This document shows, in pieces, positions 46,964 to 58,682 of a stretch of DNA of 64,000 nt. The stretch is from NCBI GenBank assembly GCA_963796965.1, contig CAWCNS010000002.1, forward strand, positions 224,001 to 288,000. The letters are read 5' to 3'. The position numbers and the translations under genes are program-made. Numbering within the stretch: position 1 is the stretch's first letter; the number at the start of each line of letters is the position of its first letter. The DNA comes from Calditrichia bacterium. Lineage in GTDB: Bacteria; Calditrichota; Calditrichia; JAJRVZ01. The notes under the pieces are model-generated. The model was not told the origin of the DNA and did no database searches. It saw only the letters and a program-made list of their open reading frames with translations.

Positions 46964-48203
46964 ATGTATATCCAGCAATGTATCACATGCAACAGACAAT
47001 TTGATAGCAGTACTTTTTTGTATACCTGTCCTGATTGTGGAGATATTTCCGGTACGCTCGACATTATCTATCCTTACGAAAATATCCGTGGTTATCTCAC
47101 TAAAGATTTATTTCTATCATCTCCCACTAAGGGTATTTTACGCTACCAGGATCTATTGCCTGTATCTTCTGTTAAGCCAGAAACCCAATTTAAAATAGGC
47201 CCAACCCCACTCTATGATTTTTCTGATATAGCCAAGGAAACTGGCATTCGTCAAATGTCAATTAAAGATGACAGTTTTAACCCGAGTTTAAGTTTAAAGG
47301 ACCGGGCTACTATCATATCTCTTTTGAGGGCTAAGGAACTAGGATTTAAAGTTGCTGCAACTGCTTCAACAGGCAATGCGGCGGCCTCTCTGGCATGTAT
47401 TGGAACAAACCTGGGTTTTAAAACAGTTATTTTTGTTCCTGAATCAATCCCCAAACCAAAACTCATCCAATTACAAATATTCGGATCAACAATTATTCTT
47501 GTAAAAGGGAACTATGATAAGGCTTTTGATTTATGCCGACAAGTTTCCGATAAAAGAAAATGGTTCAACCGCTCTACTGCTATCAATCCCTTTAATATTG
47601 AGGGGAAAAAAACGGTTGCATTCGAAATGAGTGAACAACTCGGGTTTAGTATTCCCGATTTTGTTTTTGTTCCTGTTGGAGATGGTTCAATAATAAGTGG
47701 GGTTTGGAAAGGGTTTCAGGAATTTCATACCCTGGGATTAATAGAGCGGTTGCCGCAGGTCATTGCCTGCCAATCCATGGGAAGCGCAGTCTATCCATAA
47801 TGCCTTTAAAATCCGAGAGGCAGTACCTACCCCCGTTAAAGCCACAACAATTGCCGATAGTATTTCGGTAGATCTTCCCAGAGACGGAGTCAAAGCCCTA
47901 AGAGCTCTGAGAGAATCTAACGGTGATGCCGTTGTCATATCCGACCAGGAAATTTTGCAAGCCCAAAAAAGGATCGCTAACCAAAAAGGTGTTTTTTGTG
48001 AGCCATCAGCAGCAACAGCTTTTGCCGGGTTTCTCAAATTCTGTGAAACCAATCTTATAAAAAATGATAGCCATGCTCTTGTTTTGCTAACCGGAAGTGG
48101 GATGAAGGATCTGAATGCGGCCGAAAAAATCGCCAAATCCAATACTGTAATCAGATTTGATCCAAATCAAGATGATATCGAAAGGAAATTAGGAAATATC
48201 TAA
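46964..48203 (+). CDS. Threonine-synthase-like PLP fold-II enzyme (frameshift near 47785)
   Basis: N-terminal CxxC..CPxC; NPSLSLKDR (PLP Lys), STGNAA, EGKKT, VPVGDG, CEPSAA, LTGSGMKD. Confidence 0.85.
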
Positions 48204-48258
48204 ACTTCTCATATTTGTCAATTGGCGATTATCCATTGACAATTGATGAGTAAATGAA

Positions 48259-49476
48259 TTGGAGACTCAGGATATGGATTTTGAAAAAATAAAATTATTA
48301 GCGGAGGATTTTACTGAAAATTCGGCAAAATTCTTGCGTGATATTATTGCAATCCCTTCAACCAGTTGCAATGAGGGACCGGTTATTGAAAGAATTGGTT
48401 CTGAGATGCAAACGGTTGGATTTGACGATGTTACAGTCGATCCCATGGGAAATATTCTCGGAAGAATTGGAAATGGCAGACATATAATTGCTATGGATGG
48501 TCATGTGGATACGGTTGGGGTTGGAAATCCGACCAATTGGAAACACGATCCCTTTAAAGGAAGACTCGAAAACGGCATAATCTATGGTCGCGGTGCAACA
48601 GATATGAAAGGGGCCATGGCAGCGATGATCTATGCCGGAAAGATAATCAAGGACCTTGGGTTGGATGATGATTATACACTTTATATAACAGGTACTGTCC
48701 AGGAAGAAGATTGTGATGGACTCTGCTGGCAATATATTATCAATGAGGATAAAATTGTTCCGGAGCTGGTGATCATTGCTGAACCGACAAATTTACAGAT
48801 TTACCGAGGTCAACGGGGAAGAATGGAATTTGAAGTAATTAGCGAAGGATTGTCTTCACATGGTGCTGCACCCGAGCGGGGTATTAATGCCATATATAAA
48901 ATGGCCCCCATTATTGAAGAAATCGAACAACTTAATGAAACATTAAAATCCGATGATTTTTTAGGAAAAGGAAGTATTACAATCAGCCAAATTCGATCCG
49001 GATCACCATCACTTAATGCTGTTGCAGATATATGTGCGATCTATCTTGACCGCCGTCTCACTGCCGGGGAGACTCAGGAGACAGCCCAGGCTGAAATAAT
49101 GAATCTTTCTTCGTTCAAGGATGCAGGGGCCAAAATCATTACACCTGAATACAATGTAGCCAGTTACACTGGTCTTAAATATAAAATGCAGAAATACTAT
49201 GCCACCTGGACATTGGCTGAAGATCATCCCAGTCTGCAAATAGCTAAAGAATTATATGAGGGTTTGTATGGAAAATTAGCCATAACCGGAAAATGGGGAT
49301 TTAGTACGAATGGTGTTTCAACAGCTGGAATTTTTAACATACCCACTTTTGGATTCGGCCCGGCTCATGAAATTTATGCACATTCAGTTGATGACCAGTG
49401 TCCCATTAGTCATTTGACCGAAGCAATGAAATTTTATGCAGCTTTTCCAAAATATTACACACAATCACAAAAATAA
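48259..49476 (+). CDS. ygeY: YgeY family M20 hydrolase
   Basis: DGHVDTVG.GN, TVQEEDCDGLCWQYI, YRGQRGRME, FSTNGV motifs. Confidence 0.92.
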   Translation: METQDMDFEKIKLLAEDFTENSAKFLRDIIAIPSTSCNEGPVIERIGSEMQTVGFDDVTVDPMGNILGRIGNGRHIIAMDGHVDTVGVGNPTNWKHDPFKGRLENGIIYGRGATDMKGAMAAMIYAGKIIKDLGLDDDYTLYITGTVQEEDCDGLCWQYIINEDKIVPELVIIAEPTNLQIYRGQRGRMEFEVISEGLSSHGAAPERGINAIYKMAPIIEEIEQLNETLKSDDFLGKGSITISQIRSGSPSLNAVADICAIYLDRRLTAGETQETAQAEIMNLSSFKDAGAKIITPEYNVASYTGLKYKMQKYYATWTLAEDHPSLQIAKELYEGLYGKLAITGKWGFSTNGVSTAGIFNIPTFGFGPAHEIYAHSVDDQCPISHLTEAMKFYAAFPKYYTQSQK

Positions 49477-49667
49477 TCTTGACAGGATAATCCCGACAAA
49501 AACGGGATCCAAAAGACGGACAGGATTTACAGGATTATTATTTAGAGAGACGTTATCTATTTTGTAATGATCTACTTAATTGTTTATCTGCTTATTAACC
49601 ACAAAGTACACCAAGATAAATTTCTTAATAAATACTTTGTGATCTTAGTGCCTTGTTAGTGAACTTT

Positions 49668-49689
49668 TGCCATATGTATCCCTATAGGA
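49668..49689 (+). mobile_element. 22-nt double-hairpin mini-insert (degenerate)
   Basis: gaacttt[TGCC-ATA-TGTA-TCCC-TAT-AGGA]gtggtaaa; the host repeat matches 7587-7628, which lacks the insert. Confidence 0.65.
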
Positions 49690-49766
49690 GTGGTAAATCT
49701 TTTATCCTGTCTAAAATTTGGAAAGAAAATAGTACAATTTTCTCATTCTAAATGAAAGGTATATAA

Positions 49767-50747
49767 ATGAGTGAAATATTACGAGGTAGAGATTATATCG
49801 AAACATCTGATTTTACAAACAATGAAATTGAATTATTATTAGAAAAATCAACAGAATTAAAAGATAAATTCAAGTCAGGCATACCCCATAAAAATTTAGA
49901 TGATAAAACAATATTTCTATTCTTTTTTGATAAATCCACCCGGACACGTAACTCTTTTGAGGCTGGAATCACCCAGTTAGGTGGCCATGCCCATTTTATT
50001 GAAGCAAGCTCTTCGCAGGTGGCTCATGGTGAAAGCCCTAAAGACATGGGAATCATCTTATCCAGTTACGGTCATGGAATTGCCATTCGCCATGATTTGG
50101 TTCCCGGGGAAGGAAATACTTATATGCGTGAAGTGGCTAAATGGGCTGATGTACCGGTTATAAATATGCAATGCGATGTGGACCATCCCTGTCAGACGTT
50201 AGCTGATTTGATGACCATCCGAGAGAAATTAGGTAAAGATCTTCGCAGGAAAAAGCTTGCTGTTAGTTGGGCCTATGCTCCAAGTTATGCAAAGCCCATG
50301 TCGGTCCCCCAGGGATTAATTACATTAATGACCAGATTTGGGATGGACATCGTTCTCGCCCATCCACCAGAATACAAGTTAATGGATAATACGGTAAAAA
50401 AAGCTGAAGATTTTGCCGATAAATACAACTCAAATTTTGAAATCGTAGATAATATGGATGAAGCATTTGAAAAAGCCGATATTGTCTATCCTAAGAGTTG
50501 GGGTATCGAAGAATTATTTCACCAACCAGAAGAGGCATTGGCAATTTCTGCACAGTATAATGATTGGATTTGTACCGAGGAGCGAATGAAATTGGCAAAT
50601 CCCAATGCTATCTATATGCATTGCCTTCCGGCTGATCGTGGGAACGAAGTAACAGATGCTGTAATCGATGGTCCCCAATCCGTGGTATATCAGGAGGCAG
50701 AAAATCGATTGCATACCTGCAAGGCAATTATGTCACTGATGATGTAG
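49767..50747 (+). CDS. ygeW: YgeW-type carbamoyltransferase
   Basis: STRTR, INMQCDVDHPCQ, WAYAPSYAKPMSVPQG (YgeW-type signature), YPKSW, HCLPAD. Confidence 0.85.
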   Translation: MSEILRGRDYIETSDFTNNEIELLLEKSTELKDKFKSGIPHKNLDDKTIFLFFFDKSTRTRNSFEAGITQLGGHAHFIEASSSQVAHGESPKDMGIILSSYGHGIAIRHDLVPGEGNTYMREVAKWADVPVINMQCDVDHPCQTLADLMTIREKLGKDLRRKKLAVSWAYAPSYAKPMSVPQGLITLMTRFGMDIVLAHPPEYKLMDNTVKKAEDFADKYNSNFEIVDNMDEAFEKADIVYPKSWGIEELFHQPEEALAISAQYNDWICTEERMKLANPNAIYMHCLPADRGNEVTDAVIDGPQSVVYQEAENRLHTCKAIMSLMM

Positions 50748-50748
50748 A

Positions 50749-50868
<120 letters not shown>

Positions 50869-50912
50869 AAATCAAAATTCCACTGCAAAGAACCGAATTC
50901 CAAGAACCAAGT

Positions 50913-52169
50913 CTAGGCCAGTAATTCCCACAATCTAAGTGCCTGCTCCTTGGAAAATTTTAATATTTCACTTTGCTCAACATTTGTAAATTCACCATCC
51001 CTGAACACCCACTTCCCATTACAGATAGTACCAATAATATCTGCGGATGTTAAGCCATAATAAAAATGTCCAAGCCAGTTTTCAGAGGTAATCGGTGTAG
51101 GTGAGTGATAATCAAAAATTACCAGATTATTATTAGAATCACCCTTAATACCATTATTTTGTAAATATTGATGGGCCCTTCTGAGCCGCTCATAACAATC
51201 ACCAAAATTCAAGTGATTCTGGTCCTTATGAATAAAATAATTTATTTGGGTATTCCGAATCATATCCGAGTGCATACCATCAGTTCCTAACATCACTTTA
51301 CCCTCAAGTCCGCCACTATTAGAAAATATTCCTACATTATTATTCAGGTTGCTTTCAGTATTGATGGCAATCCACGCATTTGAATTGGCTAGAATTTCTC
51401 TTTCCTCATCATCCAGATGAATGCAATGGGCCAATATAGATTTTGAGAGCCCCAATGCACCAAACGTTCTTAACCTGTTGATTACTCTCATGTTATAGTG
51501 ATCGACAGAATAACGTTCGTCCGCCCTGTCCTCAGCCACATGAATATGGATCCCGGAATTAAATTTTTCACATAATCCCACTGCTGCATTTAGAAGACGA
51601 TCACTAACCGTAAATGAGGCATGAAGACCAACCAGACCCTCACGTTTCTCCAGATAATTTTCTGTTTCTGTTAATCCTTCTTCACTAATTTTCTCACCAT
51701 CACGTTCAGACATTTCATAACAGAGTAAATGATTGACACCTACTTTATCAAACGCTGCTGCTATTACTTCTAAAGAACCTCGCACCGCGAACGGTGAAGC
51801 ATGATGATCAATAACAAATGTGGTACCATTCCGGGCACAGGCCATTGCCGTTACCAGGGCTGACGCCTTAATCATTTCCAGGTCGAGCTTTTTATCCAGA
51901 TTCCACCAGATATTTTCGAGTATTTCAACAAAATTCTGTGGTTGTTTTTTTGGTGCGGGCATTCCTCTTGCCAGGGCTGAGTATGCATGATGGTGGGCAC
52001 AGACAAATGATTTGGTAATAATCTTTCCACTGCCATCATAAGCATGTGGTGGCGCTGCGTCGATAAAATTAAGACGGCCCCCTTCTCCTTCGTCGATTTC
52101 AAGATCACCCTCTCTGATCTCAAATGTATTATAATCAATATACGTTGCATTTTTAATAAAAATAGCCAT
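50913..52169 (-). CDS. ssnA: SsnA family amidohydrolase
   Basis: HHHAYSALARGM, DHHASP, GLHASFT, HIHVAE, ESNLNNNVG, LGTDG; ATG at 52169. Confidence 0.88.
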   Translation of the reverse strand: MAIFIKNATYIDYNTFEIREGDLEIDEGEGGRLNFIDAAPPHAYDGSGKIITKSFVCAHHHAYSALARGMPAPKKQPQNFVEILENIWWNLDKKLDLEMIKASALVTAMACARNGTTFVIDHHASPFAVRGSLEVIAAAFDKVGVNHLLCYEMSERDGEKISEEGLTETENYLEKREGLVGLHASFTVSDRLLNAAVGLCEKFNSGIHIHVAEDRADERYSVDHYNMRVINRLRTFGALGLSKSILAHCIHLDDEEREILANSNAWIAINTESNLNNNVGIFSNSGGLEGKVMLGTDGMHSDMIRNTQINYFIHKDQNHLNFGDCYERLRRAHQYLQNNGIKGDSNNNLVIFDYHSPTPITSENWLGHFYYGLTSADIIGTICNGKWVFRDGEFTNVEQSEILKFSKEQALRLWELLA

Positions 52170-52170
52170 T

Positions 52171-52384
52171 TTAAAACCTCGTTTTCGGTCTTCGTGATCC
52201 AAATATTGCCTCACAGGGTGCATTTTTTGTCACATATTTTTCATAGTTTTTTGCACCATAAAGCCATAAAAGTCCGACAGGAATTTGAACCATCTATGGC
52301 CTCTTCCCTGGCAAAATCAGCATGTTCACAACGCATATCACAGAATTTAATTTTGCTCGATGTTACTCCCGCATTATCTGCCAT
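52171..52384 (-). CDS. Small Cys-rich protein (~70 aa, one indel near 52243), not in ORF track
   Basis: GGAGG RBS; MADNAG..FCDMRCEHADF..DGSNSCRTFMALWCKKL / EKYVTKNAPCEAIFGSRRPKTRF*; stop 1 nt before the ssnA ATG. Confidence 0.6.
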
Positions 52385-52473
52385 TCATCCTCCCTTAATT
52401 GAAAAATATTTCACGCAAAGGCGCTAAGCCGCAGAAATATTTTAGAAAAAAGATGATTAATCGTGATAAAATC

Positions 52474-55084
52474 CTAATATTTTTTTCCTTTTACCTTTTG
52501 CCCTTTACCTTTTTCCTTTCTTTTCCGCCACTGATAATCCTTCATCGGTAAAGTATAGCGCCGCTTACCGTCATAACTGTAGAAGGCATTTGCCACGGCT
52601 GGCGCAGTAGGAACCAACCCAATTTCACCAACGCCTTTTGCACCATAGGGACCCAAGGGATCCGTTTTCTCCACACCAAGCACTTTCACACCCGGCATAT
52701 CTTTTGCCCGAAGAATTCCACAGGCCTGTAAACGAAAACTATCCGGAATCCCGTCTGTAACGACTAATTCTTCAGAAACGGCGTATCCGAGACCCATGTG
52801 AACAGACCCTTCAATTTGCCCCTCAAAAAGAGTTGGGTTCATGATCTTTCCGGCATCATGAGCAGCATAGATACAGTCAATTTTTCCATCATTATCCAAA
52901 ACCACCAGCTGTGTCGCATAGCTATATGAATAATGAGTAATAATATCTTTGACGCTATCTCCAGGGGTTGTCGTCCAATCACAGGTCCATATTCCTGGAT
53001 AATTTTTTCCTGTTAATTCAGATAATGAACCCTCAGCAAGGTCTTTTTTTAATTGCTTACAGGCAACAATTATAGCATTGCCAAGAAGGGATGTAGCCCG
53101 GGAAGCAGTCGTCATACCTGCTGGGGTATTGGATTGGGTTTCATTTACAACTTCGATCATTTCAGGTGACAGACCGGTTTCCTGGCAAACAACCTGTACG
53201 GCCATTGTATTGACACCCTGCCCCATCTCTGTCCAACCATGGTGAATCAGGATCTTATCAGAATCAACTATTTCAATGCGTACGGTACTTTCATCATTCA
53301 TGCCATTTCCAATACCGGTGTTTTTTATACCACAGGCAAGACCAGCAAATTTGGATTGGTAGAAATAGGGTTTGATTGCTTCAAGCGTTTTCCGAACTCC
53401 CACACCACCCTTTAGTATCTGTCCGGTTGCTGTTTTGTCCCCTTCTTTTAGAGCATTGTTATATCTGAATTTCCAGCGATCAAATCCTCCCAACTCACAT
53501 AACTCATCAATACAGCATTCCATGGCAAAATTTGCCTGATTAGCACCAAATCCACGCATGGCCCCATTTGGAATATTATTCGTATAAACAGTATAACTTT
53601 TCACATCAACAACTGGGACAAAATATGCTCCGGTTGAATGGCCAACAGATCTTTCTAATACTTTAGCACCCACAGAAGCATAGGCACCTGTATCTCCTAC
53701 AATACGTGCCTTTAAAGCCGTTAACATTCCCTTTTCATTACATCCCACCTGATACACAAGTTCAATTGGATGTCTTTTTGGATGGAGCCGAATTGATTCC
53801 TCACGGTTTAATGTGATTTTAACTGGTTTTTGTATTACATAAGCAAACAAAGCTGTCTGACCCTGGATAGAAAGATCTTCTTTCCCACCAAATCCTCCTC
53901 CATTTGGTACCAGACAAACATTTATTTTTTCTTTTGGAATATTTAAAATTTCAGAGAGTTGGCGCTGGTCTTCATATACACCCTGGCTTTGCGTATAGAC
54001 CTTTAATCCATCGCCGTTCGGTTTTGCCAGACAGGATTCTGGTTCAAGATAACCATGTTCTATTTTTTGTGTCCGGAAAGTGCGCTCTACCTTGTAGAGT
54101 GAAATGTTTATGGCCTCTTCGATATCTCCACGCTTACAAAATGCTTCTTCAAGAAGATTATTTCGGCTTTCATGAACTCTGGGGCTATCCGCCTGCATTG
54201 CCATATGTGGATCGGTAACAGGATTAAGGACTTCATATTGAATTTTGATTTTATTTGTAGCCTCTCGTGCAATATCTTCTGCATCTGCTACAACTCCGGC
54301 AAGAACATCGCCAATGTAATGGGTTGATTCACCCTCAGCAATCATGATTGGCCAATCCGGCGTAATTAATCCAACATAACGATCACCCGGTATATCTTTG
54401 GCCGTAAAAACACGGAGCACACCTGGGAATTTTTCTGCCTCAGTTACATCGATGCCTTTGATAACCGCTCGGGGATAATCTGAAAATTTTAAAGCACCAA
54501 ATTTCAAATCATTAACAATTAAATCATCTACAAATGGCCGGTTACCTAAAACCATTTTCTCAACTTCATAACGAATATGACGCGACCCAACTTTGCCATC
54601 CGTGACAGATAATTCTAAAAATTTTCGTTCCCGGATAAGCTTTTGCTGCATACTCTATAGCATCAACAATTTTAATATATCCTGTGCATCGGCATAAATG
54701 GTATTTTAATGATTGGAGGATATCCTCTCGGCTGGGGTCTGGATTTTGTTTTAATAAGGACTGGGCCCGCATGACAATGCCAGGGGTGCAAAACCCACAC
54801 TGAACAGCTCCCTTTTCTGCAAAGGCAACTATAAATGCATTTTGAATTAACTTTTCAAGACCCTCTGTTGTAATAACCTCACCATTTTCAACCATAGACA
54901 TCGGTGTTACACATGAAAGGACCGCCCGCCCATTCAGTTCAACAGTACAGGATCCACAAGCTGCCTGGGGAGAACAACCATTTTTCACAGAAATGATATG
55001 CTCGGTACCGCGCAGATATTTCAGAAGCGATAGTCCGGGATCCCCGGAATATTTTTTTTCTATACCATTGATCTTAAAACGCAT
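52474..55084 (-). CDS. xdh: Fused [2Fe-2S] + molybdopterin xanthine-dehydrogenase-family subunit (XdhAC, selenium-dependent XDH type); frameshift near 54630
   Basis: GCSPQAACGSC, QCGFCTPG, LCRCTGY; GGGFGGK, AMRGFG, WTEMGQG, GMTTASR, AKGVGE. Confidence 0.9.
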
Positions 55085-55426
55085 ACTACCCCATTCCACC
55101 CATCAAAAAGAGTAGAGATATATAATATAAAAAATTTGAGATATCGTGTGTCAGTTCCACCGGATTACAGGAAAGAAAATCTACACTTATAATTGATTTG
55201 GCATATACTACCACCACGAAGACTATAAGAAATCGCGAAGAAACGAAGATATGAAATCGAATTTTAAAAAAAAATATTGTTTATAGAACGAAGCCCTTTA
55301 TATACTCCCTTTTAACTTTAGTAACTATTAACCCTTCGTGGTCTTCGTGGTAATTAATTTTGTTTATTCAATCTTAGCCATTTATTTTGGTTAAATCATA
55401 AAGATTTAGTTTTACAAATTATGGGT

Positions 55427-55990
55427 TTACTGGACCTCGTGATATCGAAAACAATCAACCGTATGATCATTAACAATTCCTACGGCCTGCATAAAGGCAT
55501 AACATATGGTCGATCCAACAAAATTAAAACCTGCTTTTTTTAATTCTTTACTCATCTTATCGGATAATTCAGTTTTAGCCGGAATATCCTGCAATGTTTC
55601 CCATTTGTTAACCAAAGGTTTACCATCGGTGAAAGACCAGACAAATTCCGAGAAACTTCCATACTGTGTGCAAACTTCTAAAACGGCTTTCGCATTTTGT
55701 ATTGTTGAGTGAATTTTTAGTCGGTTTCTGACGATTCCTGCATCATTGAGAAGCTCTTCAATTTTCACAGAATCATATTTCACAATTTTATTTACATCAA
55801 ATTGATCAAAGACCCGAATATAATTTTCTCTCTTTTTCAGGATAGTACTCCAACTCAATCCTGCTTGTGCTCCTTCCAAAATCAGAAATTCAAATAATTT
55901 CCGGTCATCGTATACCGGAACGCCCCACTCCTCATCATGGTATTTGATATAAAGATCATCAGTACCAACCCAGGGACAACGTTGTTTCAT
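55427..55990 (-). CDS. tag: DNA-3-methyladenine glycosylase I
   Basis: RCPW, YHDEEWG, LEGAQAGLSW, VNDH...C motifs. Confidence 0.96.
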   Translation of the reverse strand: MKQRCPWVGTDDLYIKYHDEEWGVPVYDDRKLFEFLILEGAQAGLSWSTILKKRENYIRVFDQFDVNKIVKYDSVKIEELLNDAGIVRNRLKIHSTIQNAKAVLEVCTQYGSFSEFVWSFTDGKPLVNKWETLQDIPAKTELSDKMSKELKKAGFNFVGSTICYAFMQAVGIVNDHTVDCFRYHEVQ

Positions 55991-56124
55991 ATTTCACCTC
56001 ATTCCAAACTATGTAAATATTCTGATAAAATTATTAGAACAAGCACATTGATATCTGTATTAATTCTAAAAAAACTGCTTCTTTGCGTCTCCGCGAGAGA
56101 TTTTTATTGTGTTTATGACAAGAG

Positions 56125-58682
56125 TTACCTTGCCACCAGGGCCCTTTGCTCCTCTGCAGTCCTTTCCCGCATCTTTATAGCACCGGTAAAACATAAATAA
56201 TTACACATTTTACATCCAATACATTTCGCAGGATCTGTCTCCGGATATCCATCCATATTCTTGCTAATGGCAAAATATGGGCAGCGCAGACAATTTCCAC
56301 ATTGTACACATAATTCATGATTTGATTCAGAGATTCTTTTTTCAGGAGAAAGATCCATAAAATCCGTAACAGGATTTGGGAGGGCAATACCTATTAATTC
56401 TTCAATGGAATCTATTCCCCGTTTAGCCATCAAATGACTCACACCGGATTTGATTTCATCAATGATACCATAACCCATTTTAGTTGGCATTGAGCAAAAC
56501 TGAACGGTCGAACATCCCAGCGCAAGAAAATCAGCCGCATCCTTATAGGTCATCGCTCCCCCGTTTCCAGATATAACCAGCCCAACAGGCGCTGCCTTTG
56601 CGAGGGAGAGATAACTTATATTTAGTACACCTGAACCAGCCATTCCGACGATAACTCCCTCTTCCCAGGATGTATTTCCACCGGGTCGAAAGGCCATAGT
56701 AGGAAAGGTATTGGCTAATGTAATTCCTGCCTTTTTCCCCGGATACTGCTCAATGACTTCTTTAATTGCCATCAGGATGGCCTCGATAGAGGTAACGGCT
56801 CCGGTTAGTTTAAAAATTTTGGGGATAGTTGCATCACCATAATCCAGGATCCATTTAATAATTTTTTGAGTAAGAACAGCATTCTGTGAAACAATATCTC
56901 CCTCAGTACCATCTCCTCCCTGTGGACAGGATAAACTGTATTCGATACCCATCACACCTGCAGCTTCCAGCTTGCTGGTATTATTTTGCCACACCCGCTT
57001 ATCTTCATCATCATTTCCCGTGACGGGCCCACCAGTCGAAGCCATTGTGAGCCGGTCGGGATATTTCGAAACTAATTGTTCTATTTCCTTACAAACACGA
57101 TCGAGAGAATGTTCGGAAACATTATCACAATTGGCAAAGGTATTATCTGAAAAACTAAACATATACTCACCTGGTATATGAATGGGGACATCATCAAAAG
57201 AGGTCTTCATAATACCCCCTGCCCATCCCGCTTCGTAAGCCTTTAATCATCTGTTCCAGACCATCGGTAGGGGGTGCTGCTGAAAGAAGAAAAGGAGAGA
57301 AAATAGGTTTTCCAAAAAAATCCGTTTCCAGACTGACAGGTAAAAATGTATAGCCTGGTATTTGAATCGTGCTTTTTATAAATCCGTTATCGTTTCTCTT
57401 AAAATCGGGAATTTCAGACCCCTTAAGAAAAGCCAGAACCTGTTCGGCTGAATTTTTTCCTGCTGCTGAAGCTTCAACAACTGTACTTGGACCTTCAACA
57501 CAATCTCCTGCATAAAATACAGCCTGATTTTCTCTGATTTCAATATTCGATCTTGCCCCAATTGCAATAATAACAGAATTTATATCTTTACGACGAATTT
57601 CACTATCAGCTACTGCTATCACGGCGTTTGGGCTAAATTTTACGCCTTTTTCTATTTTTACTTTTCGAGCTGATATCCCCTGGATCTTGCCTTCACTCAC
57701 ATGAATTGATGTCACTTCCATTCTACCATTTATATCGACACCACTCTTTACCAGTTCGGTCATTTCCTTACCCGTCAGAGGCATCTCGCTGATATTTTCA
57801 AGTGCGAAGATCTCAACCTGATCTGCGCCCTTTAACATTGCTGTCATGGCGCAATCGAAAGCCGTTGCACCTCCACCTATTATAGCGACATTACCGGTAA
57901 TATTATACTGATCCGGGTCTTTCAGAAATGGAATACCCAGAATAGCATTTCTCTTCATTAACAATGCCTGGTAAAATTGGTGCCCATAATCCGACACTCA
58001 CCACAACCGCATCATAACCCTCTTTAAGTAGATATTCAGGATCCAATATATTTTTTTCGAGAAGAAGTTCAATATGCCCCAACTTGAGAGCCCATTCAAT
58101 ATCTGATCTCAGAACCCCTTTGTCTAACCTGAAATCCGGAATAAGGTTACACATGCCGCCAGGTTTGGCTTCTCGTTCGAATATGGTTACTTTGCACCCA
58201 TTCTGGGTAAGATGTAATGCCGCTGCTAGTCCTGCAGGCCCGGACCCGATGACGGCAATATGTTTACCCATTAATTCAGCCTTGTCAAATCGTGGCATCT
58301 CATTGAGGCGTTTCGCTTTCTCAATTATTGTAGCCTGGACTGCTGGAATATTAACAGGAGAGTCAAATTTTTTATGGACACAGGCAGCCATGCAATGCTT
58401 GTCGGGACAGGTTTGACCACAAATGCCACCCAGGGGATTTTTACCCATGATCAAGGCAGCAGATCTTAAATAATCTTGTTCTTCACCCACCGAAACAGCC
58501 TTGATAAAATCTGCAGGGGAACAATCACAGGGACAAGCGTTCATACAGGGTTTTTCTACACAATATTCACATTTTTCTAATTCTGCTTTTAACTGAAAAT
58601 CTGTGAGGAAGAGATTAACACTGTAAACTGAATCTCCCGCATCTCCAGGTAATTGAGCGCGTTTTTTAATTAAATCGGACAT
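56125..58682 (-). CDS. Single-chain dihydropyrimidine-dehydrogenase-like flavo-FeS protein (PreT-PreA fusion); frameshifts near 57940 and 57240
   Basis: CEYC..PC..ACP, CG..CP...C...C, GSGPAG, IGGGATAFDCA; then FLLSAAPPT, SLSCPQG, KLT, ANT, SGNGG and C-terminal 2x[4Fe-4S] motifs. Confidence 0.85.

Noticed and set aside
49767..50747. Ordinary ornithine carbamoyltransferase (argF)
   Set aside because: It has the YgeW-type WAYxPSYxKPxSVPQG segment, lacks the SMG ornithine loop, and sits beside ygeY.
52210..52245. Selenocysteine readthrough of TGA in the small Cys-rich ORF
   Set aside because: No SECIS-like hairpin follows; a 1-nt indel gives a cleaner ORF ending next to the ssnA start, and indels are common in this window.
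52474..52525. Functional Lys-rich C-terminal tail on Xdh
   Set aside because: It is encoded by an AAAAGG(T/C)-type heptamer array like other intergenic repeats, so probably incidental.
55146..55187. Xanthine (NMT1) riboswitch upstream of xdhAC
   Set aside because: Only a weak GTGT/ACAC plus TTCC/GGAA hairpin; I cannot match the consensus without a covariance search.
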